Assembly: GCA_964016885.1 (NCBI GenBank)
Contig: OZ024743.1
Coordinates: forward strand, 61,566,001-61,630,000
Direction: 5' to 3'
DNA: 64,000 nt
DNA from: Eledone cirrhosa
Lineage: Eukaryota
Shown here: in pieces, positions 1 to 13,565 of the stretch
Position numbering within the stretch: position 1 is the stretch's first letter
How the letters are laid out: each line of letters opens with the position of its first letter
Program-made: the position numbers and the translations under genes
Notes under the pieces: model-generated
The model's input: the letters and a program-made list of their open reading frames with translations, nothing else
Told to the model about the DNA's origin: nothing
Database searches by the model: none

Positions 1-129
1 ACACATTACGACTATATCAGATTTTTATGAAATTTGTTATCACCACGATAACCAACAAGGTTTATTCTAAATCATAACACTATATTGTAAAGCTCAAAAT
101 GTGGACGCTTTTGTCCTTCGACTTTGTTT

Positions 130-850
130 CAACAGCTGGGGCCCTATTGGGCATGATTTTGAATAAGGTGATTTCTCTAATATATGCGCAAGATCCTTTA
201 CCATTATGGATAGGTTTGAGTTTGCATTAGGCTTCTTAGTGTTCATTGTTGCAGACTACGATAAGAGGTTCCGAGATTTTGGTGTGAGATTATCCAGCTT
301 AAATGAATGGAGAATCGATAAATGTAAATATAATATGAGTGAGTCAAATGAAACCAGACATAATTAAAAGTCCTCCTCCCATGACTGTGAGAAAGATTCG
401 TTTATGTGTCAGAGAAATCGAGCGCATCCACGCAACTCTGACCTCTAGGTGGTTTCGTAAGAACTTTAGTGTTGTGTGGGACAGAACAGTGGTCAGTAGA
501 TAAGAACATCTCTATACAACGCATCTTCATCACAGTTGAGGGGATCTTCCGTACTGTAACCCAGTTCGGCAGAGCTGTTAACACAGATGAGGGCCGTAAA
601 TAAGTTCTTTGAGTATTCACTTGAGTGTGGTGTGGGACAGAACAGCGTCTCCTCTAACTTTTCTGGAAACAGTTGGCTTTTAATCAAATCTGTTTCATTT
701 GAGTCATTCTGTGAATAACGCAGTTTATTTAGTTGGATATCTGACTTAAATACTCGGAACCTCCATCTCTCAAACAAGAGAATTTTTGTGTTTGTGTTTG
801 TTAGCACGTAAAGAATACATCTGAAGAATTCAATTCGAGCAACGGACAAA
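130..850 (-). pseudogene. Possible decayed N-terminal region of a Penelope-like element ORF
   Basis: ORF 493..849(-) 'ARIEFFRCI...FERWRFRVFKS' and a downstream 'NSNLS...IMP' segment resemble PLE N-termini. Heavily disrupted, and no catalytic motif is visible. Confidence 0.3.
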
Positions 851-1217
851 TGTCAGAATATCTAAAACTGAATAGGCACAAGTTACTTGAGTTGACTCAC
901 GAAAACTCGAGCAATTCCGGGACTAACTATGCGCTTCAACAGTTTCCACTAATGGAGTTGCTGACCTGATTTTTGTATGAGCCTATAACCGCAAAAGAGG
1001 AACAAACGACTTACACTGAAGATCCTAGATGCGCAACAATATTTATTTATTGAAACGATCGTCCTCGAAGTCCAAAGCATAAATAGTACGGCATAGTTAC
1101 CAAGCCAAAAAGTATGTTACAGTTGAAACTTTACATAGCTACTGAACAAACCCGAGCACCGCTTGCTAAAATTTCCATAAAGATATATTAAAGTACTTCA
1201 AAATTCATTGGGCCTTA

Positions 1218-1264
1218 TGCTCCGATGATTCCAGATTTCCATCTGGAAGAAACAATTGTCAGCA
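1218..1264 (+). ncRNA. Minimal type-I hammerhead ribozyme motif (CCGAUGA core variant)
   Basis: tgct-CCGATGA-ttccagat(ttcc)atctggaa-GAAA-caattg-TC-agca. Stems I and II pair perfectly, stem III is palindromic, site is GUC, and AATAAA follows. Homologous to 24006-24052. Confidence 0.8.
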
Positions 1265-1300
1265 AATAAATGTTCTAAACTAAAATGTTATCGTTTTAAC

Positions 1301-1392
<92 letters not shown>

Positions 1393-1415
1393 ATACAAAG
1401 TGTTAAAACAGGTAG

Positions 1416-1870
1416 ATGAATAATAACAGGTAGACATCATAAAAAGGTAATATATTCCGAGTGCTTACAAGTGTTTCAACAGTAGTTATACAACCTAGTC
1501 ATGCAATGTACAAATTGGTAATTATTTGCAGAAACTCAATTTTCAAATGGTGCTTCTACCGTTTCTTCAGAGCAGAATGAAGAAACGGTAGAAGCACCAT
1601 TTGAAAATTGAGTTTCTGCAAATAATTACTAATTTGTACATAGCATGAATAGACTGTATAACTACTGTTGAAACGCTTGTATATACTCGGAATAAATTAC
1701 CTTTTTATGATGTCTACCTGTTATTATTCATTCTTTATCTACACTCCGGAATACAGAAGCATCAGAAACTGAGTTTCTTCAACTATTCTTCCATATCTCG
1801 TTGAGTAACCCCTCACCGTACGTCAACTCTATCTAGTGTAGTAATTAACCATTACTGCATTCAGGATAAT
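1416..1870. mobile_element. Fold-back PLE terminus (inverted repeat ~1416-1568 / ~1578-1731 plus unpaired tail) within (TA)n
   Basis: Arms are reverse complements with a few mismatches. Flanked by (TA)n and contains an HHR. Confidence 0.8.
1462..1574 (-). ncRNA. Hammerhead ribozyme motif with ~86-nt stem II domain
   Basis: Minus strand: tgct-CTGAAGA-aacggtag...ctactgtt-GAAA-cacttg-TA-agca. Confidence 0.75.
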
Positions 1871-1881
1871 CCTAAGCATTT

Positions 1882-1929
<48 letters not shown>

Positions 1930-1935
1930 ATGTAT

Positions 1936-1997
<62 letters not shown>

Positions 1998-2001
1998 ATG
2001 T

Positions 2002-2069
<68 letters not shown>

Positions 2070-2082
<13 letters not shown>

Positions 2083-2965
2083 GAGTATGTGTGTGTCTGT
2101 TTCCGCATAACTTCTACAACTTGTAACCGATTTTCTTCAAATTTGGCACAAATATGTGTTATGCTTCTGACCTTCGTACGAACTCATTACGTTTTAAAAA
2201 TTGTGTCTACTGCGCACTCTATAGGAAAAAAAACGACGACAAAGAATGACATTTATCAATAACTTCTGCTGTATACATTCGATTTCCTTTAAATTTGAAA
2301 CAAACATGCATTATGTTCCCGACTTTAGTTTGGACTCATAAAATTCTTCATTTTAATTTGTATATCACATTTGCTACAACACAACACGCCATTTTTCATT
2401 CTTATATGCTTTCCCCTTCGCTGTGACCTGTCTTTTTCTCTTCCCTTACTGCTATCCTCTTTCTCTCTCCCCCTACTCTCTCCTTATCCCTCTTACTTTC
2501 ATTCACCCTCTCTGCTAGTCACCCTCTCTCGGCTAGCCTCTTCCTCACACTTTCACTCACTCACTCTCTGCTACTCACCCTCTCTCTCCATCGTCCCACA
2601 CCGTACGAAATTCTTTCCTCGCTATTTTCGCACGGTTAAGATGTGTCTTTCGTCTTCACGTCAATATCCGCAAGTTCTTATTTTCAAATGAATCATTGAC
2701 TTGACTTTCTCATTTTTTCCTCTCTTTACGTTGCCTCACCATTCGTGTTTGTTTACATGTCTCTCTTTCTCCACCCAATTCTTTTTATCCCAATAACTTA
2801 TTTTAGTTATTGTATCGCCCTAGCCTGATGTATCTGGTCTTTAATGCGAAGAAATACATATGATGGCTAGTAGAGCACTGATGATGGATAGTCCTGACTT
2901 CTATTTCTAATTCTTCATTTTAATTTGTATATCACATTTGCAACAATACAGCACGCCATTTTTCA

Positions 2966-2970
<5 letters not shown>
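2070..2970 (+). mobile_element. Non-autonomous Helitron/Helentron-like element fragment
   Basis: Starts tatataaaa...tgtctgt...aaccgattttcttcaaatttggcac, typical of Helitron/HINE 5' ends. Internal ~60-bp direct repeat (~2343-2401 / ~2909-2968). Confidence 0.45.
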
Positions 2971-3029
<59 letters not shown>

Positions 3030-3033
<4 letters not shown>

Positions 3034-3356
3034 ATCAAAGATGGTTAAATGAGTTCCATGTATTTTATTATGCGCATTTCAAAAACAAATATCATTATGC
3101 AATAACATTTGTGTTTTCATCAGATAAAATAGGAGGACATGACCTTCATATCATGTCCTCCTATTTTATCTGATGAAAACACAAATGTTATTGCATGATG
3201 ATATTTGTTTTTGAAATGCGCATAATAAAATACATGGAACTCATTTAACCATCTTTTGATCTTATATATTATGTATACTCCAGTCCTACAAACTGTAGAG
3301 TGCTTCTTATCCGATATCTGCATTGCTTTATTGTACTACAATAAAACTCACCTCCT

Positions 3357-3357
<1 letters not shown>
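3030..3357. mobile_element. Fold-back PLE terminus (arms 3030-3142 / 3151-3264, tail to ~3357)
   Basis: Near-perfect hairpin. Same family as 62180-62497 and 63132-63456. Confidence 0.85.
3164..3230 (+). ncRNA. Type-I hammerhead ribozyme (mirror copy at 3063-3129, minus strand)
   Basis: ttttat-CTGATGA-stem II-GAAA-tgcgca-TA-ataaaa. Canonical core and palindromic stem III. Confidence 0.85.
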
Positions 3358-3410
<53 letters not shown>

Positions 3411-3559
3411 GCCCGTGCATAGATTGCTTGATTTGGCACCAACACCAGTACTTCACCGTACTACTTGCACTGGTAGTATGGTAGGTTATGTAGAGTTGAG
3501 GTGTAGGGACGGTATTTGCTTGGTTCGTGAATATCATCGGACCACATGTTTTATGGAAC

Positions 3560-3705
3560 CGAGTTATACCCCTTTACGATCTGAGTTCAAATTCTGTCGA
3601 GGTGGCTTCGCCTTTCAATGAATTACCCGTAACGTACTGAAGTTGATTTAATCGACTTTCAACTTCGCCAAAATTGTTGGCCTTGTCCCTAAATGACAAA
3701 CCAAT
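3560..3705 (+). mobile_element. Degenerate tRNA-derived SINE
   Basis: B-box-like gagttcaaattc and gcctttca...gatttaatcgact...ggccttgt body, shared with the 47545-48390 copies. Confidence 0.55.
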
Positions 3706-3940
3706 ATAATATGCTCCCTAGTTACACAAATATACATATGCACACATTGGAACTTGATGAAATATTTATGGAAGAATTTAGGTGTTTATCTCTTTGTTCT
3801 GTTTTTCTTTCGTGATTATCTGTATTTACACAAGAATTTATTATCGCTTTTGGTGTTGCTATGCACTTACACAAACACAAGCACACATATTTATACTATA
3901 TTCGGATGTCGGATGTGGGAATGCATATACACACACACAC

Positions 3941-3973
<33 letters not shown>

Positions 3974-3979
3974 TTATAT

Positions 3980-4034
<55 letters not shown>

Positions 4035-4150
4035 CATACATATATATACTTGTGCATGCCTATGTATATATATATATTTTATTTTTTCAGAAGATCCCAT
4101 TAAGGGTGAAGCAGCAATTCTATACATACATATATATATTTCTGCATGCC

Positions 4151-4268
<118 letters not shown>

Positions 4269-4377
4269 CATATATAGATAAGTATTGAAGTTTCCGTTGA
4301 AAGTGTCATAGGAGTGAAGAGTGCTCTATGTAAGTTACAGAGCTAAATTTAATGTATAATAAACAATACAATATAAT

Positions 4378-4449
4378 TACCTCGTTACTAGGGGTTTCCT
4401 GAATAAGACGAATACAAGAAATGTCCCCATTCGTTCGTCAGACAAGGCA
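4378..4449 (-). ncRNA. Type-I hammerhead ribozyme in PLE terminus (4280-4450)
   Basis: Minus: gccttgt-CTGACGA-acgaatgg...ttattcag-GAAA-cccctag-TA-acgaggt. Homologous to 63022-63093. Confidence 0.75.
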
Positions 4450-4934
4450 ATTTAAAACATAGTGAAATATTTGAAAAAATCTCCTCAAGAAAGGCAAAAG
4501 TTTAACGGGCAAAAAAATATATAAATAAAAGTAATGCAAGAGATATATAAAAATAAAATAAGGAAATATAGTTAGGGTATGTGTATAAATGTGTGTATAT
4601 GCACTCACAAATGTACATATGTGTGTATGTACAAATGCATGTGTATAGTGAAAGAATGTGTGCGTAAGTACATACATGAGGGCAAGCATATCAGTGTATG
4701 TGTGACCACAAATACGTATATAATATATGTTGAAAAAAGAAATTGTAAGATAATAGAGTTAACGTACATCCAGACTCAGGTATTAAGGATTGAAATATAT
4801 ACACATACAAGTATGAAAGCACGCGTATAAACACACACACACACACACACGCAACCACATACAAGGAAGGGAGTGTATCAGTCAAAGCAGTGTCAGGCTG
4901 ATATATAGTTATACATATATATGTATATATATAT

Positions 4935-5444
<510 letters not shown>

Positions 5445-5519
5445 GTATATATATATGTATGTATATATATATATATATATATACATATATACATATATAT
5501 ACATATATATATACATACA

Positions 5520-7149
5520 AAGTTTGCTTCCGTTTACGCGAACTCTGTAATGGGATACTTAGAACAACAACTCTACCAAGAAATAGAAGAAAAATATAAC
5601 TGAATTTAGAAAGTACATTGAAAAGTCTTGGAAGAGATACCATATCATCTGGACAGAATCTCTAGATACTCTGGATGAGTTCAATATCCTCCTGAATAAC
5701 CTACACTCATCTCTCCAATTTACAAAAGAGATGAGTAGTACCAAATTACCATTCCTAGATATAATGGTAATCAAAAACGACACCACCATTACCACGGATA
5801 TATACTATAAACAGACATCCATCAATATCTGAATTTTAAGTTGTGCCATCCACCTCATACAAAACGCAACATCCTATACTGCCTAGCCAGAATAATTTGT
5901 ACCATTGAAGAACGAATACCAGGAACAAACGCCTAACAGAACTGACAGAACTTTGCTCAAACAAAAATACCCATCTCTACTTATAGAAAATAGCATACAG
6001 CGGGCTATAAAAATACCTATACAACAACTTAGGACAACCCAAGGAAGAAGAAACTAAGAACTGGTCATACCATTTATAATGACACACAACTCATATCACC
6101 ATAATATCTTCAATACTGCCAAAGCAAACCTACCGATCATTGCTCAAAGTCCGAGCTTTGATTCTTAGTAAAAGACAGCCGAAAAATTTGAAGCAATTAC
6201 TAACAAAAGCAAAGTTTGACCTTAACAACAAAAACCAATCATTCACTGTATCTAAATGCAATGATAGTCGATGTGGCACATGTCAGTTCTTACATACGGG
6301 TCAATATATGAACACAAAAACTTGAAAAATATTCCCAAATGCAAATATGAACTGCAAAAGCAGAAATCTAATTTACTGCATTAAATGCCGGAATTGTGAA
6401 GAATTATAAGTAGGTCAAACTGGAAATGCACTATCAGAACGTGCACGGGTGCACCGACAGCAAATCAGAGACCCAAATGTCCGTCAGATACCCCTGAGTA
6501 ATCATCTAGCAACATGTGGTCAGAAAATATTTATATTTTCATTCTACAAACTACACAGCCCAAGTGTAATCAACAGAAAAATTAAAGAAAATAATTTTAT
6601 TGATAAATTCCAACCCAAGCTAAATGAACAATAATAACGCTTAGGGGTATTACTTCTACTATGACTACGCCTACAACCATGTCGACTACCATCACTAACA
6701 ACAACAACAACAACAATAATAATAATAAAAGTGATGTTGATGATTACTGAATACTTTTCATAAAAACAATAGAAAATGCTATTTTCATCATTTCTAAAAA
6801 TAGCAAAACAATTGATGCTTTGGATAGGGTCAAATAGAAGTCATTAGACATGCTCAACCAACCGTCACGCCTAAACTAATCAGCTTTAGTAGTCTAGTTA
6901 AAACACACACCGTTTGGTCGAAATACAGTTTGCAAAATTAAGTATTCTGTAGCCCATTTTTACTGTAAATAAGGCACAGATTTTAGCCATCTCATTACAG
7001 TTGAATATTGCAAACTTGACTGTCACCATTGAATATGAACCTAAATAGTGCCAAAGCATGAAAGTACTTGTTCAATTAACATTTAACATGATTTAAACGA
7101 GTAAATCAGCCAAGTTGGAATTCCTTACACAATCTTACACACCCGTGTA

Positions 7150-7152
<3 letters not shown>
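5520..7152 (+). mobile_element. 5'-truncated Penelope-like element (RT C-terminal half + Cys-rich linker + GIY-YIG; Neptune-like)
   Basis: Frameshifted translations: [77 protein letters not shown]. 3' end has a decayed HHR (7036-7074). Flanked by (TA)n. Confidence 0.85.
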
Positions 7153-7824
<672 letters not shown>

Positions 7825-7826
<2 letters not shown>

Positions 7827-9945
7827 AGGAGGTTATAGTTCACTTGAAGCATTGTGTAATGAGGTATAAACGTTTGTATATGTATAATAAAGCCAAAACA
7901 ATGCAGGTATGGACATAGAATAAAGAATGCAAATGCAAAAGATATTGTTGACAATTAGTCTTTTACCTTAGATTTATTTAAATGTCCTAAATTTTCGAGA
8001 TAATATCTCTTCTTCAGAGGGAAGTAATTTGTCAAACCAGTGTTCTAAATAGCTTGCAAACTCATGCTGACAGGAAATGGTATAGAGTATCTGTTCTATC
8101 TCTAATGTCAAAGAGTTAAGATTAGGTGGATAAAGAGTAGTCTCCCTTTAGGAGGGTTTTTTTTTGTTTTTTTTTTTGTTTTTTTATACATGCCTGTTTA
8201 AGTGTGTGGGAGAATGCATGAAGGTGTAAGTATGTGAGTGTGTGTGTATGAGTGTGAGAAGATATGTCTATACGTAAATATTGGGGATAGATGTTATCTC
8301 GTGTTAGAACTGGTTTTGTGTGTGTATGTGTGAGAGAGAATAAGTGGAGGTGTAAGCGTGTGTGTGTGCGTGCGTGCGTGCGTGTGTGCATGTGTGTGTG
8401 TGTGTGGGGGGGGGGGGTAAATATGGGGCTAGGAGCTCTATCAAGTTATAAATTGGGTGTTGAGTTCTAGTCTATTATTAATTGGTGGTTGTGTTTTGTC
8501 TATAATTAGTGCTTCCTTAATTCTAAGATTGCCGAGGTTTCTTTCCTTAGTTTCTATCCTAACTGTTATGGTTTTGTCGGTGTTTTTGCATTTAACTAGG
8601 TGTTTCTTAAATGAGGAAGCGTTAGTATTGAGGTGTTCTTTTATTCTTATGTGGAGTGGTCTGGTGGTGCTACCTACGTAGAAGTTGTTGCATTTGTCAC
8701 ACTCTAGTCTGTATACGACGTAAGCCTGGTGGCATAGGTCTGTGTCGTTGATGGGGCAGTTGGCTAGTCTGCAGCAGTTGTCATGTCTGGTGGAGTGTCT
8801 TTTGGTTAGCTGACCGCGTAGAGAAGGACCTGAGTGGGCCAGTTGGATATCTAGTCCCTCTCGTCTTATAGCTCTGCGGATGGCTGTTGTTGTTTCTTCA
8901 CTGAAGTGTGGGAGCTTCAGGAAACAAGTGTTAGTGCCTTGGGTCTGGTGTCCTCTGTTCTTTCTGGCACGGTTTGTGGTGGATGTCGTGTATCCGTTCA
9001 GTTTGAGTACTTCCAGGAAATGTGTGGTGTATGTGTCTCGGTCTCTAGCGTCGGTGCATTTGTTCCGGATACGTGCCAGTGGGTTCCTTATGTATCCGAA
9101 CTTGTCACTGAGTGGGAGGGCCGATCTGAAATGTACGAACAGGTCCCTGCTGGCGGCTTTTTTATAGAAGCAGGTGTGGATGTTGCCTTCCTCTGTTACC
9201 CTGAGTTGGAAGTCCAGTAGGGATAGGGATCCGCGGTCATCGGGGTGTTCCATGCTGAACTTTATACTGGCGTCCATGCTGGAGAATGTTGTGTATATTT
9301 TATCTGCCTCCTCACGGGATGATGTAAGGATGAGTATGTCATCTACATATCGGGTGAAGAAGGTATGGGAATGGCAGGTGTTGAGGGCTCGGCATCTAGC
9401 TGGTTCATGTAGGTGATGGCCAGAAGGCCCGATAGGCTGGTTCCCATGGGTAATCCTGTTGTCTGTCTGCATGTGTGGTGATGGAAGGTGAAGTACGTGT
9501 TGTCTACTGTGAAGGACAAAAGCTGGTGTATGTCCGTCGGGTGGAGGCCGTAGCAGTGGATGTTCTCTGCGACCACGCAGTCCGTCAATAAATCGACAGC
9601 TGGATGAGCGGGGACTGTAGAGTAGATGGAGACAACGTCGTGGCTAAAGGCGTAACTATTTAGTTTAAGTTGTTCTGGCTGGAGTTGGTGTAGTCTACGT
9701 ATAACTTCGTCGGAGCTACTGACATGCCCGGGAAAGTTGGAGAGTAGAGGCTTGAGGACCTGGGAGAGGAGCCAGGAAATTTTGTATAGGGGTCCTTCTA
9801 TGCTAGAGACGATGGGTCTTATTTGCGTATTAGTGCTATTCTTGTGGGTCTTAATGAGGTGGTAGAAAGTGGGCAGTCTGCTATTTCTAGTGGTGTAGTT
9901 GAGCTTAACTTTATTTGGGAGTTGTCTTCTCCTACAGATATCGAA
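7825..9945 (-). mobile_element. 5'-truncated Penelope-like element (RT + GIY-YIG)
   Basis: [87 protein letters not shown]. Possible weak HHR at 7985-8022(-). Confidence 0.92.
8441..9472 (-). CDS. PLE RT C-terminal part and GIY-YIG endonuclease (frameshifted relative to upstream RT)
   Basis: YVDD catalytic motif and a GIY-YIG-type VVY...YVG...R..EH motif in one 343-aa frame. Confidence 0.8.
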   Translation of the reverse strand: MQTDNRITHGNQPIGPSGHHLHEPARCRALNTCHSHTFFTRYVDDILILTSSREEADKIYTTFSSMDASIKFSMEHPDDRGSLSLLDFQLRVTEEGNIHTCFYKKAASRDLFVHFRSALPLSDKFGYIRNPLARIRNKCTDARDRDTYTTHFLEVLKLNGYTTSTTNRARKNRGHQTQGTNTCFLKLPHFSEETTTAIRRAIRREGLDIQLAHSGPSLRGQLTKRHSTRHDNCCRLANCPINDTDLCHQAYVVYRLECDKCNNFYVGSTTRPLHIRIKEHLNTNASSFKKHLVKCKNTDKTITVRIETKERNLGNLRIKEALIIDKTQPPINNRLELNTQFIT

Positions 9946-9954
9946 CCATATATA

Positions 9955-9987
<33 letters not shown>

Positions 9988-10114
9988 GTTTGTATATATA
10001 TATATGTATATATATATATATGTATATATATATGTATATATATATGTATATATATATATATGTGTGTGTATGTATATATATATATATGTGTGTATGTATA
10101 TATATATATATATG

Positions 10115-10161
<47 letters not shown>

Positions 10162-10204
10162 ATATATATACATACATATGTGACGGACCCTCCATCTCAA
10201 CTCT

Positions 10205-10242
10205 ACTTTTGAAAAGCAGAAGAACTCTGAAACCGGTAAAGG
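10205..10242 (+). ncRNA. Hammerhead motif, UUGAAAA (U3:A8) core family, in PLE terminus 10185-10377
   Basis: actt-TTGAAAA-gcag..ctct-GAAA-ccgg-TA-aagg. Same family as 53379-53416. Confidence 0.6.
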
Positions 10243-10370
10243 AAGCAAATGAATATATATATAATTTTTAAAATAAGACTCCAGTTGCATTTTTGATTTC
10301 ATTTTTTTTCCTTATACTTTCCTTCGTGTAGGACACCTCTGTTATTTTACATTATGTAAAAAAACCTCAC

Positions 10371-10454
<84 letters not shown>

Positions 10455-11807
10455 GTTTTGCGAGGTTTTTTTATATGAAATCGTGTCGAAACAAATATTG
10501 TTATACTTGGGGAGGGTCATATTGTTGTAATACTATTGCCAGAAATAATAATAGGACACACTCACTGTTTGGTTGGTTTTCGCTTCTGCATCCTTTTTAT
10601 CTCCATAGTTAATTCATTTGGCCATCAACGTTTATCATTGACTGACCAACGGTCAAAAATACAGATATAAATATATACAATTGAATATATGAGAGGGATG
10701 AACACGGATACAATTATACATGTGTTCGAGAGCGTTTGTTCGAAGGAAAAAACATGACTGACCCAAGCGAGTGTAAGTGAGAAAAGGACTCGTAGAAGGG
10801 CAGGCGATGGAAACAATGAGGTGGTAAGCAGAGAGAGGGTGAGTGAAAGTGAGAGGGAGAAAGAGAAAGAGAGAGTAAGAAAGATGGGGAAGCGTAGATA
10901 GTAACGAAATAGGTAGGTAGAGGGAGACAGAAGACGGGTCACAGCGAAACAAGATAAAATATATGGAGAATAGGATAGCTGTGTAGTTGCTAGTTAGGTC
11001 AGGCTTAAAAATGGAATGAGAATAAGAAGAAAGCAAGAGAGGGGAGGGTTCCTCATCAGTTGTCTACTAGGGGTCTCGGATATTTCAACGCTTTAAAGAC
11101 AATATATCTACCACCAGAGCGTTCAATAACTGGGTAAGTTATTGGGAGAACGGAGGCATATTTAGTTTATGGATTTGTTTGGCAAGAGACTTGATGTGAA
11201 ATTGTGAACTGTAATAGATGATTTTATACTTTGGCAGGTTCATGCTGCTAGTTCTAACACGCGCAACAACTGTTTTTCACTTCGGTTTTATTTTTAGTTA
11301 GGAAATTAATCCATTCATCGGTTGGTTTAGTAAGTGGATAGTTATATAATTATCAGCACTCTTCCATCATACATTTCATTACCGTCTCACTGATTATTTT
11401 CATTCTCTGTGACTCATCTTCATTTTGATTGTTTTCTAGTTAATTAGTTAATCCATCTTGTCTGTCCGTAGCTACCCCAATCCTGAAGGAAGTCACAACA
11501 CCAAATTAGAGGCAATTGAATCCATGCCAGTCATGCAACGGCCGTAACAAACCAGTGACAGCTGTATACTCCCCAACTATTCAACGGCTATTTTTATTTA
11601 ATAATATTTTTACTTCAACCGTTACCTTCAGTTCAACATGTTTGTTCCACTCTCCATAACGATATGCTCTATGCAGTTCTAGAATAGCTACTCTGATATC
11701 TTAAGATATGTTGCACGCTTTTGTTAACAAACTTCCTGAAACTGCCCTTCGTTCTAGGATATTTGAAATGTAGTTATCCCAATGAAATAATTATAATAAT
11801 AATAATA

Positions 11808-12225
11808 ATGGTTTCTACTTTAGGCACAAGGCCAGTAATTTGAAGGGTGAGGGAAGTCGACTAAATCGACCACAGTCCATTAAAGGTGCTTTATTTCATC
11901 GACACCGTAAGGATGAAAGGCAAAGTTAACCTCAGCGACATTTGAACTCAGAACGTAAAGGCACATAACTTTGCAGCAAAGCATGTTGTCCGATGCTCTA
12001 CGGACACTGCCAATCCACTGACCTAATAATAATTGTTTCTACTTTAGACACATACCCGCGATTTTAGGAGAGGGGAATGTCGATTAAATCACCCCCAGTG
12101 CATTAAAGCTACTTTATTTTATCGGCACCGTAAGGATGAAAGGGAAAGCTACCCTCGGAGGGATTTGAACTCAGAAGGTAAAGGCACATAACTACGCCGC
12201 GGCTGCCGATCCACTGCCTTAATGA
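11808..12225 (-). mobile_element. Two head-to-tail tRNA-derived SINE copies
   Basis: Reverse complements of the 47545-48390 unit (tttgaactcagaacgtaaag, aaggatgaaaggcaaagttaacctc). Confidence 0.8.
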
Positions 12226-12509
12226 TAATAAATAATAATTGATCACTATGAATAATAGGAGTTACGAGTATCAGCAATGGAAAGAGAAATAGAAATATTG
12301 TTTCCTTTTTCTGGGATCTTGTCGATTGACTCAATTCATCACTGTTAATAAAATTGGATAAAGTACTCATGGAGAGGATTATTACTTTTATAGTAATTTA
12401 CATTAGAATGACAATTACAAAATTTCACATTGTTTCTAGTCAATCGAATACTAAACTGTTTACTTTGAAGTTAATCTATGCTCCAAAACCCGGCTCAATG
12501 TCGAGAACG

Positions 12510-12830
12510 TTTCTTCTTCTTCTTCGCCCACTTATGCTTGAGAGGGTTGCGGGAGCAGAGTCCCCAAACACTCATTCGAGCGGGCCCTGTCAGAACCAAC
12601 TGATCCGGCTGGCTCCCCAGGCGAGACCAGCCAAGCTCATGGATGTTATCCAACCCTGTTGCTTGGGGTCTTGCCGTTTGGTTTTTGCCCGTAAAATCTG
12701 TCCAGTAATTCTTTCTTGAGACATTCTAACCACAAGCTCACAGTATCGGAGCTGTGATCTCTCAATTTGGAAAATTAGCAGCAGGACCTGGAGTGACGCT
12801 CTGGTCTCGTAGCTACGCACTCTATTGAGT
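12510..12830 (-). mobile_element. RTE-like non-LTR 3' end fragment with (GAA)n tail
   Basis: ITGQILRAKTKRQDPKQQGWITS resembles the RTE C-terminal G.R..GRP...W.D motif. Short cttcttctt tail. Confidence 0.5.
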
Positions 12831-13339
12831 AACGTTTAGTAATATAACTAATTAGGAAAGTTAGTTATATTACTAACTCCATCTAAGTTCTTGATTATTT
12901 ACAAAAATATTTAAAACAGTGTCTTTTGTTTTAAGTTTAGTAATGAAAGCAGCTTTTTAGCGTCTGATCTCTTATTAAATATAGTCACGCTGATTAACAG
13001 GGTCCCAGAAATAACCTCCGTAAATATGACTAGGTGGTTATGTCTGGATTGCTTTTGATCATTGATCTACTTTATGAAGGCTGATCTGACGCTATAAACA
13101 TGCCATCCCAATAACCGATGTAGCCACTACCTTGTCGCTTGATCTGCTGAAGATAACGGTCATAATTCCCTCAAATTACACCATACCGTTTTAAAAATGG
13201 ATGTCTACGTTAAATAAGGTCATCTCAAATGTACAATGGCTGTGGGGAGGACAGGGTGCTAATAACTGGAGTGTTATTCATATGTCTACTCAATGAATGT
13301 AGATATGAAGCTGAACAACATATAAAAAGTCATTGCACA

Positions 13340-13565
13340 CAATATCCCATGAAGTGTGTATGATCACAAAGTTGTGGGTTCGATACACATGACCGGGTAG
13401 CACTGAAGTATCTCACACCAAGATACTTCTTTCCCAGTTGCTTCAGTCAATTCAGCTGAGTAGCAGAAACAGGCGGTGCTTATTTAACGCCACATGAAAC
13501 TAAGATAAACTCCACCCTTCATCCAACCCGAGGTAGCATGGCCGATAGGACGTAAAACCAATAAT
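13340..13565 (+). mobile_element. Decayed CORE/V-type SINE
   Basis: ggttcgata B-box followed by caagatactt...gttgcttcagtcaattcagctg, related to 37240-37520(-). Confidence 0.45.

Noticed and set aside
2821-2905. Two HHR-like fragments (CTGATGT...GAAA and CTGATGA-tgga tag tcct-GA)
   Set aside because: Cores are incomplete or mutated, so they cannot be supported as ribozymes.
9950-10302. N-terminal extension of the 319-aa ORF 9343..10302
   Set aside because: Chimeric read-through of an unrelated PLE terminus and TA repeat into the truncated RT frame.
11045-11130. Minus-strand GAAA...CTGATGA order suggesting a type-II hammerhead (similar at 61835-61890)
   Set aside because: Stems I and III do not pair convincingly. 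These may be remnants of tandem HHRs.
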